Made by a program: the position numbers and the translations under genes. A DNA stretch of 64,000 bases from Eledone cirrhosa (taxonomy: Eukaryota): NCBI GenBank assembly GCA_964016885.1, contig OZ024750.1:50530001-50594000 (forward strand). Direction: 5' to 3'. How positions within the stretch are numbered: the stretch's first letter is position 1; every line of letters begins with the position of its first letter. A model generated the notes under the pieces. That model searched no databases and had not been told where the DNA came from. It worked only from the letters and a program-made list of their open reading frames with translations. This document shows positions 63,230 through 64,000 of this stretch, piece after piece.

Positions 63230-63504
63230 CCTATATATATATATGTGTACATACACATATATACACACATATACATACACATATATTTACACACACACCC
63301 TCACACATACATACACACACACACACACATGTATATACATACACACATACAAACACACACACACACACACATATATACACATACACACACATATATATAT
63401 ACACACACACACACATATATATATACACATACGCATACATCCAGATACACACATACATACACATACACACAGACACGCACACACAATACATACATCCACA
63501 TGCA

Positions 63505-63542
<38 letters not shown>

Positions 63543-63661
63543 CACATACATACACCCACACACAGAGAAATGGCCTCCAAATATATATATATACATACAC
63601 ATATATTTTTTCCATAATATAAGAAGTTAGGACAGTGAAATTAAAATACAAGTCATTCTGA

Positions 63662-63725
63662 TCACATTGAGTTCTTCATGTAGATTGGGCCCCGCAACCG
63701 ACAGTGGTGAATTCTGTGTGCGCAT
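63662..63725 (+). mobile_element. 3' terminus homologous to that of Naiad-like element 1
   Basis: ACATTGAGTTCTTCATgtaGATTGG versus the reverse complement of ~2898-2925, ACATTGAGTTCTTCATacgGATTGG. Both are followed ~40 nt later by CATATATA. Confidence 0.55.
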
Positions 63726-64000
63726 ATATATATATATATATATAGATATGTGTGTGCACGTGCAGGGTTTAACATGGATGTGTTAGTCACACAAAGGCAT
63801 GGTCTGTCAACGAATAAACCTGATTCTACAGAATTGGTCTCTGGTCTTTAATAGTAGTGATAATTATATACATGTACACATACAAACACATATATCTGTC
63901 ACTCCGTGCGTATGTGTGTTTATATTTTATGACAATTCTATTGGGGTGATAACCCGTTTAGTTTTGGTTTAAATTTGTTAAGGAATAGATTTTCTTTGTT

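Overview
Eukaryotic, AT-rich, microsatellite-saturated animal DNA, most likely cephalopod/octopus (inferred from the tRNA-derived SINE family and the repeat landscape). No prokaryotic features. Content: (1) One apparently intact 5-exon host gene on the - strand (39875->15699, 267 aa: signal peptide, Cys-containing PAN/Apple-like module, uncharacterised C-terminal domain). The ORF track misses it; I assembled it by hand from GT-AG sites with consistent intron phases. (2) Three Penelope-like elements (RT + GIY-YIG). Two are Naiad-like, with 3.5-4.4 kb microsatellite-rich 3' regions and 5' inverted copies of those regions. (3) About nine hammerhead-ribozyme (HHR) motifs, including U3-A8 core variants and versions with ~55-115 nt stem-II insertions. 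One sits in a non-coding 591-bp partial-tandem element with the architecture of a retrozyme. Several fold-back elements invert at hairpins, including HHR stem II. (4) L1/Tx1-clade LINEs (two full-length, several 3' fragments), three R4/Dong-like RLE families, RTE and CR1 fragments, about 10 SINE copies, a hAT derivative, and a 2.75-kb AAT/AAC/AGT satellite. The right third is a chain of Dong and Tx1 elements inserted with fixed opposite polarities into (TAA)n tracts. All alignments, folds and identity estimates were done by eye.
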